Below, piece after piece: positions 63,749 to 64,000 of a stretch of 64,000 nucleotides of DNA. The DNA lies in the IMG/VR virus record IMGVR_UViG_3300029258_003221, positions 124,001 to 188,000 of that record; one strand, 5' to 3'. A program made the translations under genes and the position numbers. Below the pieces are notes generated by a model. That model did not search any database, was not told the DNA's origin, and saw nothing but the letters and a program-made list of their open reading frames with translations. Positions within the stretch are counted from its first letter, which is position 1. Each line of letters starts with the position of its first letter.

Positions 63749-64000
63749 TTACGATTCTTCATCAGGTGTCTCATTTGGACCTTCCAGCTTCCCCTGATCA
63801 TCGACATGAGGAAGCAGGAATTGCTCCAACTGATCTTTCAGGGCCTCAAGACCGAGTGCTTCAACCTTGCTGGTAAAGAACCCTTCAACCTCACCTTTTG
63901 CTTCAGTTACAGTTCGATCAATCGCCTCATTGAACTGACTCTGAATGAAAGGAACAGTTGATCGCAGCTTAGAGACAACAGCACCAACCATTCTGCGAAG
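63749..64000 (-). CDS. hypothetical phage protein (probably 5'-truncated by window edge)
   Basis: frame remains open to the end of the window. Confidence 0.6.
   Translation of the reverse strand, partial: LRRMVGAVVSKLRSTVPFIQSQFNEAIDRTVTEAKGEVEGFFTSKVEALGLEALKDQLEQFLLPHVDDQGKLEGPNETPDEES

Larger units (their letters stand above)
4842..63770 (-). repeat. dispersed strand-polar heptamer GACACCC (GGGTGTC on + strand)
   Basis: about 100 exact copies by manual count (e.g. 4842, 5144, 5656, 5903, 6125, 6472, 7080, 7277, 7497, 7631, 8138, 8337, 8655, 9009, 9604, 9951, 10410) plus about 45 NGGTGTC variants; no opposite-orientation copy noticed; about 4 expected by chance. Confidence 0.95.

Noticed and set aside
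4842-63770. Heptamer and spacer repeats as a CRISPR array or integron attC array
   Set aside because: The repeats are only 7 bp (about 45 bp degenerate at most), non-palindromic, separated by whole genes and also present inside ORFs. I see no attC R/L boxes, cas genes or integrase.
4842-63770. (T)TGACA within the motif as a sigma70 -35 box
   Set aside because: Most copies lack the TT, and no consistent -10 hexamer lies 16-18 bp downstream.
4848-64000. Alternative genetic code (stop-codon reassignment)
   Set aside because: The short ORFs tile densely under code 11 with their own RBSs, and all three stop codons are used at gene ends.

Overview
This window looks like part of a large mobile genome, most likely a large or jumbo dsDNA phage, although no capsid, terminase, polymerase or relaxase gene lies within it. 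The host may be a planctomycete (weak inference). It has two compartments. (1) 1-4.7 kb: AT-rich, with three + strand genes (a Tat-signal protein and two membrane-anchored HRxDGPA-repeat proteins) and one small - strand membrane gene. (2) 4.8-64 kb: about 150 tightly packed, mostly small genes, essentially all on the - strand and transcribed towards a G/C-run junction at about 4.75 kb. They resemble an early or leading-region host-takeover island: DUF932-like, two ParB-like, YodL-like, LPD11-like, S4-like, two GNATs and a transglutaminase-like protein. Four observations stand out. (a) The strand-polar heptamer GGGTGTC (sense GACACCC) occurs about 100 times by manual count, plus about 45 NGGTGTC variants. 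It is fairly evenly spaced, densest next to the junction, absent from the left compartment, and often abuts stop codons, terminator U-tracts and RNA 3' ends. (b) A 140-nt miniature tmRNA-like gene keeps an intact alanine tRNA-like domain but has no mRNA-like domain. (c) A cluster of proteins ends in ssrA-like -AA termini. (d) A second tRNA-like RNA carries a large insertion, and several other structured intergenic RNA candidates sit in gene-sized slots. Family assignments come from motif recognition by eye, not database searches. Several CDS starts were moved to a downstream start codon with a better RBS.
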